The translations under genes were made by a program, and so were the position numbers. Source: Candidatus Multivoradales bacterium (lineage in GTDB: Bacteria; Acidobacteriota; Thermoanaerobaculia; Multivoradales; Multivoraceae). From it: a stretch of 64,000 bases of DNA. The stretch covers positions 128,001 through 192,000 of the forward strand of contig CBDCWI010000001.1 of NCBI GenBank assembly GCA_965223325.1, in the 5' to 3' direction. Of this stretch, positions 31,676 to 40,454 are shown one piece after another (position 1 is the first letter of the stretch; the number at the start of each line of letters is the position of its first letter). Under the pieces are notes generated by a model, which saw only the letters and a list, made by a program, of their open reading frames with translations, was not told the origin of the DNA and ran no database searches.

Positions 31676-31683
31676 CCGGTCAT

Positions 31684-32037
31684 TCAGGTCACAGCATTCT
31701 GGGCAGACTGCAGACCCTCGGCGACAAAGTTCTCGATCTGCGGACGTGGCAGGGCGCCCATGGTGCGTGCGGCGACCTCACCGTTCTTGAACAGGATCAG
31801 GGTGGGAATGCTCTGTACGCCGTACTGGGCTGCGGTTTCACGTGCGGCATCGACATCGACCTTGACGATCTTGAGGTTTCCGGCATGATCACCCGCCATC
31901 TCCTCGAGAACCGGCGCGATCTGGCGACAGGGGCCGCACCACGTCGCCCAGAAGTCGACCAGGACAGGTTGCTCGGACTGGACGACTTCGCTCTCGAAGT
32001 TGTCGTTGTTGACATCGATGATGTTTTCGCTGGCCAT
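31684..32037 (-). CDS. trxA: Thioredoxin
   Basis: VDFWATWCGPC and SIPTL. Confidence 0.95.
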   Translation of the reverse strand: MASENIIDVNNDNFESEVVQSEQPVLVDFWATWCGPCRQIAPVLEEMAGDHAGNLKIVKVDVDAARETAAQYGVQSIPTLILFKNGEVAARTMGALPRPQIENFVAEGLQSAQNAVT

Positions 32038-32126
32038 CGAGTGGGCCTCCGTAGTCTCCGCCGTGGCGGGTTGGGTTGAACTGTTGAAAGGTCAGGTTTG
32101 CCGCGCAGCTCGTCGGGTGACTCTAT

Positions 32127-32186
32127 CGTCGGGATCTGGCGTCGGGATCTGGCGTCGGGATCTGGCGCCGGGATCTGGCGCCGGGA
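32127..32186. repeat. 13-bp tandem repeat (GGGATCTGGCGYC) x4 just after the ribF stop
   Basis: Units at 32131, 32144, 32157 and 32170, partial unit at 32183. Confidence 0.85.
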
Positions 32187-32189
32187 GGT

Positions 32190-33152
32190 TCAGTGACTGG
32201 GCAGTTCTTCCAAACGCGGTATCCCGCGCAGAAATTCCCGAGCGATTTCGACGTCCTTCCCGATCTGAGCCGACAGATCCATGGTGGAGCTGAACATCTT
32301 CTCGTCGCGCAGCCGCTTCCAGAAACGGACCTCGACTGCCTCTCCGTATACGTCGCTCTGGAAATCGAGGATGTGACTTTCGCAAACGCGCTGAAAATTC
32401 TCGTAGACCGTGGGCCTGGTTCCGATATTGGTCACCGCATCGAAGACCGCGGGGAACGACGGAAAGAAAACCCTGGTGGCATACACCCCGTCGAGCGGCA
32501 GGAAGTCGCTATCAGGCGCCAGGTTGATGGTTGGCCAACCGAGTTTCTGGCCCATGCGATCACCACGGGCAACCAACCCGGTGACTGAATAGGGTCGGCC
32601 CAGGAGCTCGTGCGCTTCGTAGACCTTCCCCTCCGCCAGCAGCCGGCGAATGCGAGTGCTCGAGACCCGTTCGACGCCGCGGCGCACCTCGTCGACGGTG
32701 AACGCCTCGAAGCCGAAGCTCTTGCCCATCTGCTGGAGCAGGGAAACGTCGCCCTCACGCCGATGGCCGAAGCTGAAGTCGGAACCGACATAGACCTCTT
32801 TGACCTCGAGTCGTTCGTGCAAGAAGTCGCGCACGAACGAGCGCGCGGGGGTCTGGGCGAACTCGGGCGTGAACTGCACGACCAGAACGGCGTCAATACC
32901 GGTTGCGTCGAGCAATGCATCGCGCTGCGAAGGCGTAGCAAGGCGCGCCGGCGCGGCCTCGGGCCGCAGGACCGAAAGGGGGTGCGGGTCGAAAGTAATC
33001 ACCGCAGAAGGACAGTCGAGATCGCGAGCGCGCGCCACGACCAGCTCGAGGACCGCGCGCTGGCCGAGATGAATGCCGTCATAGTTCCCGATCGTGACCA
33101 CCGCACCTTGCGGAAGGTCGGTGGCTGAGAGTGCATCTTGAATGACTTGCAT
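32190..33152 (-). CDS. ribF: Bifunctional riboflavin kinase/FAD synthetase
   Basis: GNYDGIHLGQ, TFDPHP, VSSTRIR, LGWPTIN, NIGTRPT and ESHILDF. Confidence 0.95.
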   Translation of the reverse strand: MQVIQDALSATDLPQGAVVTIGNYDGIHLGQRAVLELVVARARDLDCPSAVITFDPHPLSVLRPEAAPARLATPSQRDALLDATGIDAVLVVQFTPEFAQTPARSFVRDFLHERLEVKEVYVGSDFSFGHRREGDVSLLQQMGKSFGFEAFTVDEVRRGVERVSSTRIRRLLAEGKVYEAHELLGRPYSVTGLVARGDRMGQKLGWPTINLAPDSDFLPLDGVYATRVFFPSFPAVFDAVTNIGTRPTVYENFQRVCESHILDFQSDVYGEAVEVRFWKRLRDEKMFSSTMDLSAQIGKDVEIAREFLRGIPRLEELPSH

Positions 33153-33157
33153 GGCGA

Positions 33158-34681
33158 TTAGACGGTCAGCTCCCGAGAAGCGGGACTCGGATCGTGCCCG
33201 GCAGCCATCTCGCTCGCCGTCACGACGTCCGGCCGACCGCGCGGCCCAACGATACGCCCGACCAGGTCATCGGCATGGGCCTCGGTCACCTCGACCTCGA
33301 CCAGGCTCGGCGCCGCCGCACAGCCGTCGACGATCAGCACCCGACCATCGATGCCGGGCGCCATCCCTTGATGCCGGGCTTCGAGAAGCAGATCACTCTC
33401 GGAACTCTGACCCTCGAGTAGCATCTCGAGAGTCTTACCGACCAGGCGCTGGCGGCGTTCGAGCGAAATCGGCCGTTGCACTTCGAGCAGATGCTGGAGA
33501 CGGCGTTCCGCCTCTTCGCCATCCACCGCAGCCTCGAACGTGGCCGCAGGGGTGTCCTCTTCGGGACTGAAGGCAAACGCTCCCAGGTGATCGAAGCGCG
33601 CTCTACAGATGAACTCTTCGAGATGTCTGAGGTGTTCGAGGGTCTCCCCCGGGAAACCGACGATGAACGTCGTGCGCAAGAAGACATCTGGCACAAGCTG
33701 CCGCGTGCGTTCGAGAAGGCGCAGGTAGCGCGCCGCGCTCCCTCCGCGCCGCATGCTGGTGAGCATCTCGGGATGGCTGTGTTGGAGGGGCATATCGAGG
33801 TACGAGACGAAGCGCTCTTCGCCACCCATGAGAGCAAGAAGCTCCTCGTCCAAGGTCGTTGGGTAGGCGTACATGAAACGGATCCAGGGGATCGTAGTCT
33901 CCGCCAACAGCGCCTCGACGAGACGCACCAGGCCGTAGCGACCGAGGCCGAGATCCTCTCCGTAGCGCGTCGTATCCTGCGCCAGCAACACGATCTCGCT
34001 AAAACCCTCGGCCTCGAGCCGCTTCGCCTCGGCAACAAGGCTCTTGATCGTGCGACTGCGAAAGCGGCCTCGCCAGACAGGGATGGCGCAGAACGTACAC
34101 GGGTTGTTGCACCCCTCTGCGACCTTCAGGTAGGCGAAACCGCGGGTGGTGACCAGGCGCGGCGCGGTGTGATCGAAGACGCGCTCCGCCCGGTGCGGGG
34201 CAAGCGGCAGGCTACTGCCAAGGCGCACCAGCCCAGAGACATCCTGCAGCTGGTCAAGGCCGATGAAACCATCGATCTCCGGAATCTCGGCGGCGAGCTC
34301 CTCGGCGTAGCGACTCGCCATGCAGCCCGACACCAAAAGGCGCTTCGGACCTCCGGCCTCGGTCTTTTGCTCGGCCACCTCGAGAATCGCCTCGATGGAC
34401 TCCTCGCGGGCCTCCCCGATGAAACCGCATGTGTTAACGATCACCACCTCGGCCTCGTGCACGTCGATCACGACATCGTGGCCCTGCCCTTCAAGTTCTC
34501 CGAGCATGATCTCGGCGTCTACGAGGTTCTTGGGACAACCCAGGCTGATCATTCCGACCCGCGGGGGCTTGCCCGTGTGATCAGGCGACAGCGCCGCCAC
34601 ACCGGGCTTTGGAAGCACAGAGGAACCCTGCGGCCGGGGCGCGAAGGCTCGCCGCTCTTGCCCTGAAACACCCTTGGACAT
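33158..34681 (-). CDS. rimO: Ribosomal protein S12 methylthiotransferase
   Basis: SLGCPKNLVD, NTCGFI, AEGCNNPCTFCAIP and APGIDG TRAM region. Confidence 0.93.
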   Translation of the reverse strand: MSKGVSGQERRAFAPRPQGSSVLPKPGVAALSPDHTGKPPRVGMISLGCPKNLVDAEIMLGELEGQGHDVVIDVHEAEVVIVNTCGFIGEAREESIEAILEVAEQKTEAGGPKRLLVSGCMASRYAEELAAEIPEIDGFIGLDQLQDVSGLVRLGSSLPLAPHRAERVFDHTAPRLVTTRGFAYLKVAEGCNNPCTFCAIPVWRGRFRSRTIKSLVAEAKRLEAEGFSEIVLLAQDTTRYGEDLGLGRYGLVRLVEALLAETTIPWIRFMYAYPTTLDEELLALMGGEERFVSYLDMPLQHSHPEMLTSMRRGGSAARYLRLLERTRQLVPDVFLRTTFIVGFPGETLEHLRHLEEFICRARFDHLGAFAFSPEEDTPAATFEAAVDGEEAERRLQHLLEVQRPISLERRQRLVGKTLEMLLEGQSSESDLLLEARHQGMAPGIDGRVLIVDGCAAAPSLVEVEVTEAHADDLVGRIVGPRGRPDVVTASEMAAGHDPSPASRELTV

Positions 34682-34755
34682 TGGGCGAATCGTAGCAGCA
34701 GAGGCCCTCGGCACACCGACTCCACCCCTGAACCGGCAATGAATTCCGAGAAAAC

Positions 34756-34784
34756 TTGAATTTATCGCCATTCATCGATATACT
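34756..34784 (+). promoter_or_regulatory. Putative sigma70 promoter for the PilZ-like gene
   Basis: TTGAAT-N17-TATACT in an AT-rich patch. Confidence 0.5.
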
Positions 34785-34850
34785 GGTTTCGCACTGTTGC
34801 CAGGGTACATCGCAACCCCAACAGCAGCCTCCCGATCACGGATCCTGGTC

Positions 34851-35561
34851 ATGCCGAAACCACCACCATTCTCGACAGAAATCCCCATCGACCGCTCACC
34901 AACCGTCGAGGACCCCGGCCTCTCCGGAGACCTGGCCTTCGTCACTCTGGCGGCGGTTGTCGATGTCGGACTCGGCGGTCTCGGACTGCAAACTGAAGAG
35001 GCCCTCCGCGTCGGCCACTCCTACACCGTCGACCTCGAGTCGTCCAACCTCGAGCTGACCGGCAAAACGGTATGGAACCGTCAGGTCGGTACCTTCCGCC
35101 AGAACAACGGTCGCATCGTGCCCCGCTACCGGGCCGGTCTGGCGTTCGAGAGCGAAACCATCACGGCCCACCAGGAAGCGTTGCAGGAGTACCTGATTCT
35201 CAACGCCGTCTCCGAAACCGCCTCGCGACGCCCCTCACCGCGCTACCACCTGCGCTCGGACACTCCGCGGGTACTCCACACCCGCTACCCGTTCACGGTC
35301 GACTCGATCAGTGTGTCCGGAATGATCGTCAAGGTCGACCAGCTCCCCACCCCCGATGCAGTCCTTCACCTGCGTCTCGGCCTCTCCGACAGCGAACAGC
35401 TCGACCTCACCGCCCGCCTCAGCGACGTCTACCAGACCTACGACAACGACAGGATCGACACCCGTGTCGCCCTCGAGTTCGTCAACCTCTACGCCGGCAC
35501 CCGCGAAACCCTGGGTAACTGGGTCCGCGAACGACGTTCACTCACCCCCCTCATCCAGTAG
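34851..35561 (+). CDS. Tandem PilZ-like domain protein
   Basis: DVGLGGL...AGLAF first domain; RRPSPRY...SISVSGM...ALEF second domain; start uncertain. Confidence 0.7.
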   Translation: MPKPPPFSTEIPIDRSPTVEDPGLSGDLAFVTLAAVVDVGLGGLGLQTEEALRVGHSYTVDLESSNLELTGKTVWNRQVGTFRQNNGRIVPRYRAGLAFESETITAHQEALQEYLILNAVSETASRRPSPRYHLRSDTPRVLHTRYPFTVDSISVSGMIVKVDQLPTPDAVLHLRLGLSDSEQLDLTARLSDVYQTYDNDRIDTRVALEFVNLYAGTRETLGNWVRERRSLTPLIQ

Positions 35562-35890
35562 CTCCAGCAACCGAACCACACCCACCCTCCCGGCCAAAGG
35601 CCCCGCTGCCGCGTTTCCTCTTTCCCGACAGCAACCCGACCGAACAGCTCACCCGCACCACCGCGCGGCCAAGATGATCTGAGATCTGAGATCTGAGGCG
35701 TGGAACACCACCCCACGAAAGTTCAACGGCGCGACTCCCAGTACCGCTCTACAGAAAAAGGAAGCGCGTGCCTGCGGCCACCACGCCTCAGATCAACACT
35801 CCGGAGGCGCACGACAAGCGAACCGAAGTCCTCCGCCGCACCTGCAGGGCCACCCACCAACCGCCAACGGCAACCGCAACGGACCGCTTG

Positions 35891-37800
35891 GATACGCCGG
35901 GATAAACCGGCATGGAGAAAGGAATGAGAGAGTCCCACCCTCGAAGGGGTAGCGACCCAGAGGGTCCCCGAGTCATGCGCCGGCTCCCGCGAGGGTGCGG
36001 TGAAGCGTTGACAGGGGCACACACAGGCCGGGTATTGAGCCGCGAAATAAGAATTTGGGAGTGCCGACGCTGTCAAGCGAAGCGGAAGGCGAGACTCCGT
36101 AGCGCGCTATCGCGAGCTCTGCGGCGACTCCCCGCGGTCGTAGACCCTGTGCATGTGTGGAATCTCCATGCGCGAGAACCGGGAGATCCGCGATCTGGCC
36201 AGTTGGGTATCTGGTCCGCATCGGGAAGGCTAGAGGCCGTAAGCCGATGACGCACGGATGGCGGAAGTCAGACAGGCCCGTAGTACCTGCGAAGTCGTCG
36301 AACAACGGTGGGAGACCAGCGGCGGAGGCGGTGGAGGGAAGGGGCCTGGCCAAGGGGAACACGGGCAAGCAAAACGCACCCCGGACACAGAGCCGGATGG
36401 AGAGTGCGAGCAATGCGCTGGGCCGTGTACGAGAAGCCGCCCGCAGGGGCAAGGAAGTGAAGTTCACAGCGCTTCTTCACCACATCACGGTCGAGCGACT
36501 CCGGAGCGCATTTGACGTGTTGCACCGAGACGCAGCGGCAGGAGTGGACGGAGTGTCATGGAGCGAGTACGCAGAATCTTTGCTGAGCAATCTCGAGGAC
36601 CTGCACTCTCGTGTCCACCGTGGGAGCTACCGGGCGAGTGCGACTCGTCGCGTCTACATCGAGAAATCGGATGGGCGGTTCCGACCGCTTGGCATCGCCA
36701 CGTTGGAGGACAAGATCCTTCAGCGCGCCGTCGTCTCGGTGTTGGATGCGATCTACGAGGAAGACTTTCTCGGGTACTCATACGGATTCAGGCGAGGCCG
36801 CAGCCAGCACGATGCTTTGGATGCGCTATTCGTTGGAATCACAAAGCGGAAGGTGAACTGGGTGCTCGACGCAGACATTCGTGGGTTCTTCGATGCCCTG
36901 GACCACGAGTGGCTGGTGAAGTTTCTCGAGCACCGTATCGGAGACCGTAGGATCCTTCGCCTCATCCAGAAATGGCTGAGGTCCGGAGTGATGGAAGACG
37001 GTAAGTGGCACGCGAGCACGCGGGGGACTCCTCAGGGGGCGACGATTTCGCCTCTCCTCGGGAACGTGTACCTGCACTACGTGCTCGATCTCTGGGTCCA
37101 GCAGTGGAGGAAACGCAACGCGCTTGGGGACATGATCTTCGTGCGCTACGCGGATGACTTCATCGTTGGATTTGAGAGGCAGGAGGAGGCAGAACGATTC
37201 CTCGAGGAACTGAACCTGCGACTCCGTGACTTCTCGTTGGAGATCCAACCCGAGAAGACGCGCCTGCTGGAGTTTGGCCGCTTTGCGGCCTACAACCGAC
37301 GCGCGCGAGGTCTCGGGCGGCCGGAGACCTTCGAGTTTCTAGGCTTTACGCACTGCTGTGCGCAGTCTAGTCGAGGGAGGTTCTTGCTGAAGCGCATCAC
37401 GAGCCGCCACCGAATCCGCAGGACACTGAAGGCTGTCGGTACGGCCCTTCTGGGACACCGACACTCGCCGCTACCAGAGCAAGGTCTCTGGCTGGGATCC
37501 GTGGTGCGAGGCTTCAATGCCTACTACGGCGTACCCGGCAACTCAGCGGCGTTGAACGCCTTTCGACAGGAGGTCATTCGGCACTGGATGCGCGCTCTGC
37601 GCCGACGCAGTGACAAAGACCGCACGTCCTGGAAACGGATGTGGGCCCTGGTGGCCCACTACCTACCCAAAGCCCGAGTCCAACATCCCTGGCCTGATGA
37701 GCGACTTGTCGTCAATACCTGAGGCAGGAGCCCAGTGCATTAGCAGTGCACGCTGGGATCTGTGCGGGGGGCGCCGGGCAACCGGCGCTCCTACCGCGAT
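35891..37800 (+). mobile_element. Group II intron (probably bacterial class E), 1910 nt
   Basis: Removal restores the repeat GGACCGCTTG|CGCCGGACC exactly with no target duplication; D5 GGAGCCCAGTGC...GCACGCTGGGATCT and D6 ending CTACCGCGAT; EBS1-like loop CAAGCG at 36074-36079; class assignment from recalled motifs. Confidence 0.92.
36247..37722 (+). CDS. ltrA: Group II intron reverse transcriptase/maturase without endonuclease domain
   Basis: FTALLHH, RRVYIEK, RPLGI, SYGFR, DADIRGFFD, GTPQG, RYADD and FEFLGF; ends after domain X; start uncertain. Confidence 0.93.
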   Translation: MTHGWRKSDRPVVPAKSSNNGGRPAAEAVEGRGLAKGNTGKQNAPRTQSRMESASNALGRVREAARRGKEVKFTALLHHITVERLRSAFDVLHRDAAAGVDGVSWSEYAESLLSNLEDLHSRVHRGSYRASATRRVYIEKSDGRFRPLGIATLEDKILQRAVVSVLDAIYEEDFLGYSYGFRRGRSQHDALDALFVGITKRKVNWVLDADIRGFFDALDHEWLVKFLEHRIGDRRILRLIQKWLRSGVMEDGKWHASTRGTPQGATISPLLGNVYLHYVLDLWVQQWRKRNALGDMIFVRYADDFIVGFERQEEAERFLEELNLRLRDFSLEIQPEKTRLLEFGRFAAYNRRARGLGRPETFEFLGFTHCCAQSSRGRFLLKRITSRHRIRRTLKAVGTALLGHRHSPLPEQGLWLGSVVRGFNAYYGVPGNSAALNAFRQEVIRHWMRALRRRSDKDRTSWKRMWALVAHYLPKARVQHPWPDERLVVNT

Positions 37801-38364
37801 CGCCGGACCAGGATGATCGTGATCTGAGGCGTGGTACACGACCCAGCGAAAGCTCAACGGCGCCACTCCCAGTACCGCTCTACAAGAAAAGGAAGCGCGT
37901 GCCTGCGGCCACCACGCTTCAGATCAACACTCCGGAGGCGCGCGACAAGCGAACCGAAGTCCTCCGCCGCACCTGCAGGGCCACCCACCAACCGCCAACG
38001 GCAACCGCAACGGACCGCTTGCGCCGGACCAGGATGATCGTGATCTGAGGCGTGGTACACGACCCAGCGAAAGCTCAACGGCGCGACTCCCAGTACCGCT
38101 CTACAAGAAAAGGAAGCGCGTGCCTGCGGCCACCACGCTTCAGATCAACACTCCGGAGGCGCGCGACAAGCGAACCGAAGTCCTCCGCCGCACCTGCAGG
38201 GCCACCCACCAACCGCCAACGGCAACCGCAACGGACCGCTTGCGCCGGACCAGGATGATCGTGATCTGAGGCGTGGTACACGACCCCACGAAAGTCAACG
38301 GCGCCACTCCCAGTACCGCTCTACAAGAAAAGGAAGCGCGTGCCTGCGGCCACCACGCCTCAGA

Positions 38365-39675
38365 TCACGGATAGATCTTGTAGAGCATCCGGGGGTAGGG
38401 AATCGTTTCGCGGAGATGGGGAACACCACTCATCCAGGCGACGAACCGTTCGAGGCCCATGCCGAAGCCACTGTGCGGAAAGCTTCCGTACTTGCGCACA
38501 TCGAGGTACCACTGGAAGGCCTCGATCGGGAGTTCGTGTTCGTGAATTCGTTCGAGCAACAGGTCGTGGTCGTGGATGCGCTGGCTGCCGCCGATGATCT
38601 CACCGTAGCCCTCGGGGGCAAGAACATCGAGCGCCAGCGCGGTCTCGGGGCGTTCGCCGTCGGGCTGCATATAGAAGGCTTTGGTTTTCGCCGGGTAGTG
38701 AGTGATCATCACCGGCCGATCGAAACGTGAGGCGAGCAGCGTTTCGTCTTCGGCCCCGAAGTCGTCGCCCCACTCGAGCGACTTGCCCGCTTCAGCAAGC
38801 ACCGCGACCGCCTCGTCGTAGGTCATGCGCGGAAACGGCCCGGCCACTGCCTCGAGCTTGGCAATGTCCCGATCGAGAACGTCGAGCGGGCCTCGGCAGC
38901 GCTCTAGAACCCTACCGACGACCGAGACCAGGAAGTCCTCGGCAAGCTCACAGAGGCCATCGAACTCGAGAAAGGCGACCTCAGGCTCCACCATCCAGAA
39001 TTCAGTGAGATGGCGGCGCGTCTTCGATTTCTCGGCGCGAAAGGTCGGGCCGAAGCAGTAGACCTTGCCGAGTGCAGCGGCTGCAGGCTCCAGGTACAGC
39101 TGGCCCGACTGGCTCAAAAACGCAGGATCGCCAAAGTAGTCGGTCTCGAACAACGTCGAGGTACCTTCGCAGGCAGCCGGCGTCAGAATCGGCGAGTCGA
39201 TGAGGCTGAAGCCACGATCGTAGAAGAAGTCACGGATGGCGTGCACCGCTTCACTCCGAATCTGGAGGACCGCACGCTGTTTACTCGATCGCAACCAGAG
39301 GTGGCGATTGGCCATCAAGAACGCCGTGCCGTGTTCCTTCGGCGTGATCGGGTACTCGTCGGCCAGCGACACGACCCCGATCGAGTGCGCCTTCAGCTCG
39401 ACGCCCGTTGGCGAGCGCTTGTCGGCCGCAACCTCGCCGATGCAACGGATCGTCGACTCCTGGGTGGCCTCTTCCAGAGCGTTCCATGTCTCTTCACTGA
39501 CGTCGCCGCGACTCACCACGACCTGGACGACTTCACTCCCGTCGCGGAGCTGGATGAAACCGATCTTGCCGCTCGAACGTTTGTTGGCGATCCAGCCGGA
39601 AAGTTCGACTGTCTCGCCCACCAACTCGGGCAGGTCACGGACCCATACGCGTTCTGTCTTTTCCTCTCCACTCAT
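38365..39675 (-). CDS. asnS: Asparagine--tRNA ligase
   Basis: LRDGS OB fold, [32 protein letters not shown] and [10 protein letters not shown]. Confidence 0.95.
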   Translation of the reverse strand: MSGEEKTERVWVRDLPELVGETVELSGWIANKRSSGKIGFIQLRDGSEVVQVVVSRGDVSEETWNALEEATQESTIRCIGEVAADKRSPTGVELKAHSIGVVSLADEYPITPKEHGTAFLMANRHLWLRSSKQRAVLQIRSEAVHAIRDFFYDRGFSLIDSPILTPAACEGTSTLFETDYFGDPAFLSQSGQLYLEPAAAALGKVYCFGPTFRAEKSKTRRHLTEFWMVEPEVAFLEFDGLCELAEDFLVSVVGRVLERCRGPLDVLDRDIAKLEAVAGPFPRMTYDEAVAVLAEAGKSLEWGDDFGAEDETLLASRFDRPVMITHYPAKTKAFYMQPDGERPETALALDVLAPEGYGEIIGGSQRIHDHDLLLERIHEHELPIEAFQWYLDVRKYGSFPHSGFGMGLERFVAWMSGVPHLRETIPYPRMLYKIYP

Positions 39676-39723
39676 CTCGAGGAGACTACCGGATCCCCCA
39701 TGTGCCCGTTGGCGAAAGGCGAA

Positions 39724-40443
39724 TCAGTCTTCGTTGCGCGACATCTCGAGAGTCGCGAGGGCAGCACGCGCCGCGGCGCGCTCGGCACGACGCTTCGAGG
39801 TGCCGCTGGCGGTTGCGACCACTTGCCCATCGATCTGGCACTCGACGTAAAAGGTGAGCGCGTGATCGGGGCCCTCGCTCCTCACCTCGTGGTACTCCGG
39901 CAAGGCCCGTCCAGCGGCCTGCAGGCGTTCCTGCAGGACGGTTTTGGGGTCTTGTTCGACCACCGTCGGGTCGCGGGCGATGGCGCGATCCAGCAGTGGT
40001 CGGATGACCCGCCGGGTCGCCTCGAAGCCGCCGTCCAACATCACTGCGCCAAGAATCGCCTCGAGTGAATTCGCCAGCAACGAGCGCTTCGTGCGCCCAC
40101 CGCTCTTCTCTTCGCCGACCGTCATCGCAATGAGAGGTCCGATTTCGAGGTAGCGCGCCGCATCGGCCAGGGTCTTGGCTTTCACCAACTGGCTCTTCAT
40201 GGTGGCGAGTTCGCCTTCGGGCGCGTTGGCGAAGCGCTCGAATGCCCACTCGGCAGTCACCAGTCCGAGCACCGAGTCGCCCAGAAATTCCAAGCGCTCG
40301 TTGTGATCGGTCGCGCGTTGGTTGGCGGCGAGCGAGCGATGGGTCAGAGCTTCCTCGAGCAGGACGCGATCGCCAAAGGCGTAGCCCAACCGGTTCTCCA
40401 GACCGGCGAGTTCGAGGTCACGGTTGGGTTCAGATTCAGACAC
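39724..40443 (-). CDS. rnc: Ribonuclease III
   Basis: ALTHRS, NERLEFLGDSVL and C-terminal dsRBD (DPKTVLQE); GTG start inferred. Confidence 0.95.
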   Translation of the reverse strand: MSESEPNRDLELAGLENRLGYAFGDRVLLEEALTHRSLAANQRATDHNERLEFLGDSVLGLVTAEWAFERFANAPEGELATMKSQLVKAKTLADAARYLEIGPLIAMTVGEEKSGGRTKRSLLANSLEAILGAVMLDGGFEATRRVIRPLLDRAIARDPTVVEQDPKTVLQERLQAAGRALPEYHEVRSEGPDHALTFYVECQIDGQVVATASGTSKRRAERAAARAALATLEMSRNED

Positions 40444-40454
40444 GCACCGCTCGC

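Larger units (their letters stand above)
35676..38369 (-). repeat. Tandem array of about 3.5 221-bp units, the leftmost interrupted by a group II intron
   Basis: GATCTGAGGCGTGG at 35690, 37821, 38042 and 38263; period is exactly 221 once the intron is removed; each unit has an internal inverted repeat CCACGCYTCAGATC. Confidence 0.95.

Noticed and set aside
37831-38281. Short ORFs in array 2, including a VVYH peptide reminiscent of RAYT N-termini
   Set aside because: The 221-bp period shifts the frame each unit and no HUH or catalytic Tyr motif follows
35676-38369. RT plus repeats as a retron, DGR or CRISPR-RT system
   Set aside because: The RT lies inside a complete group II intron with D5/D6 and clean exon boundaries; no adenine-specific TR/VR pair, msr-msd or cas1
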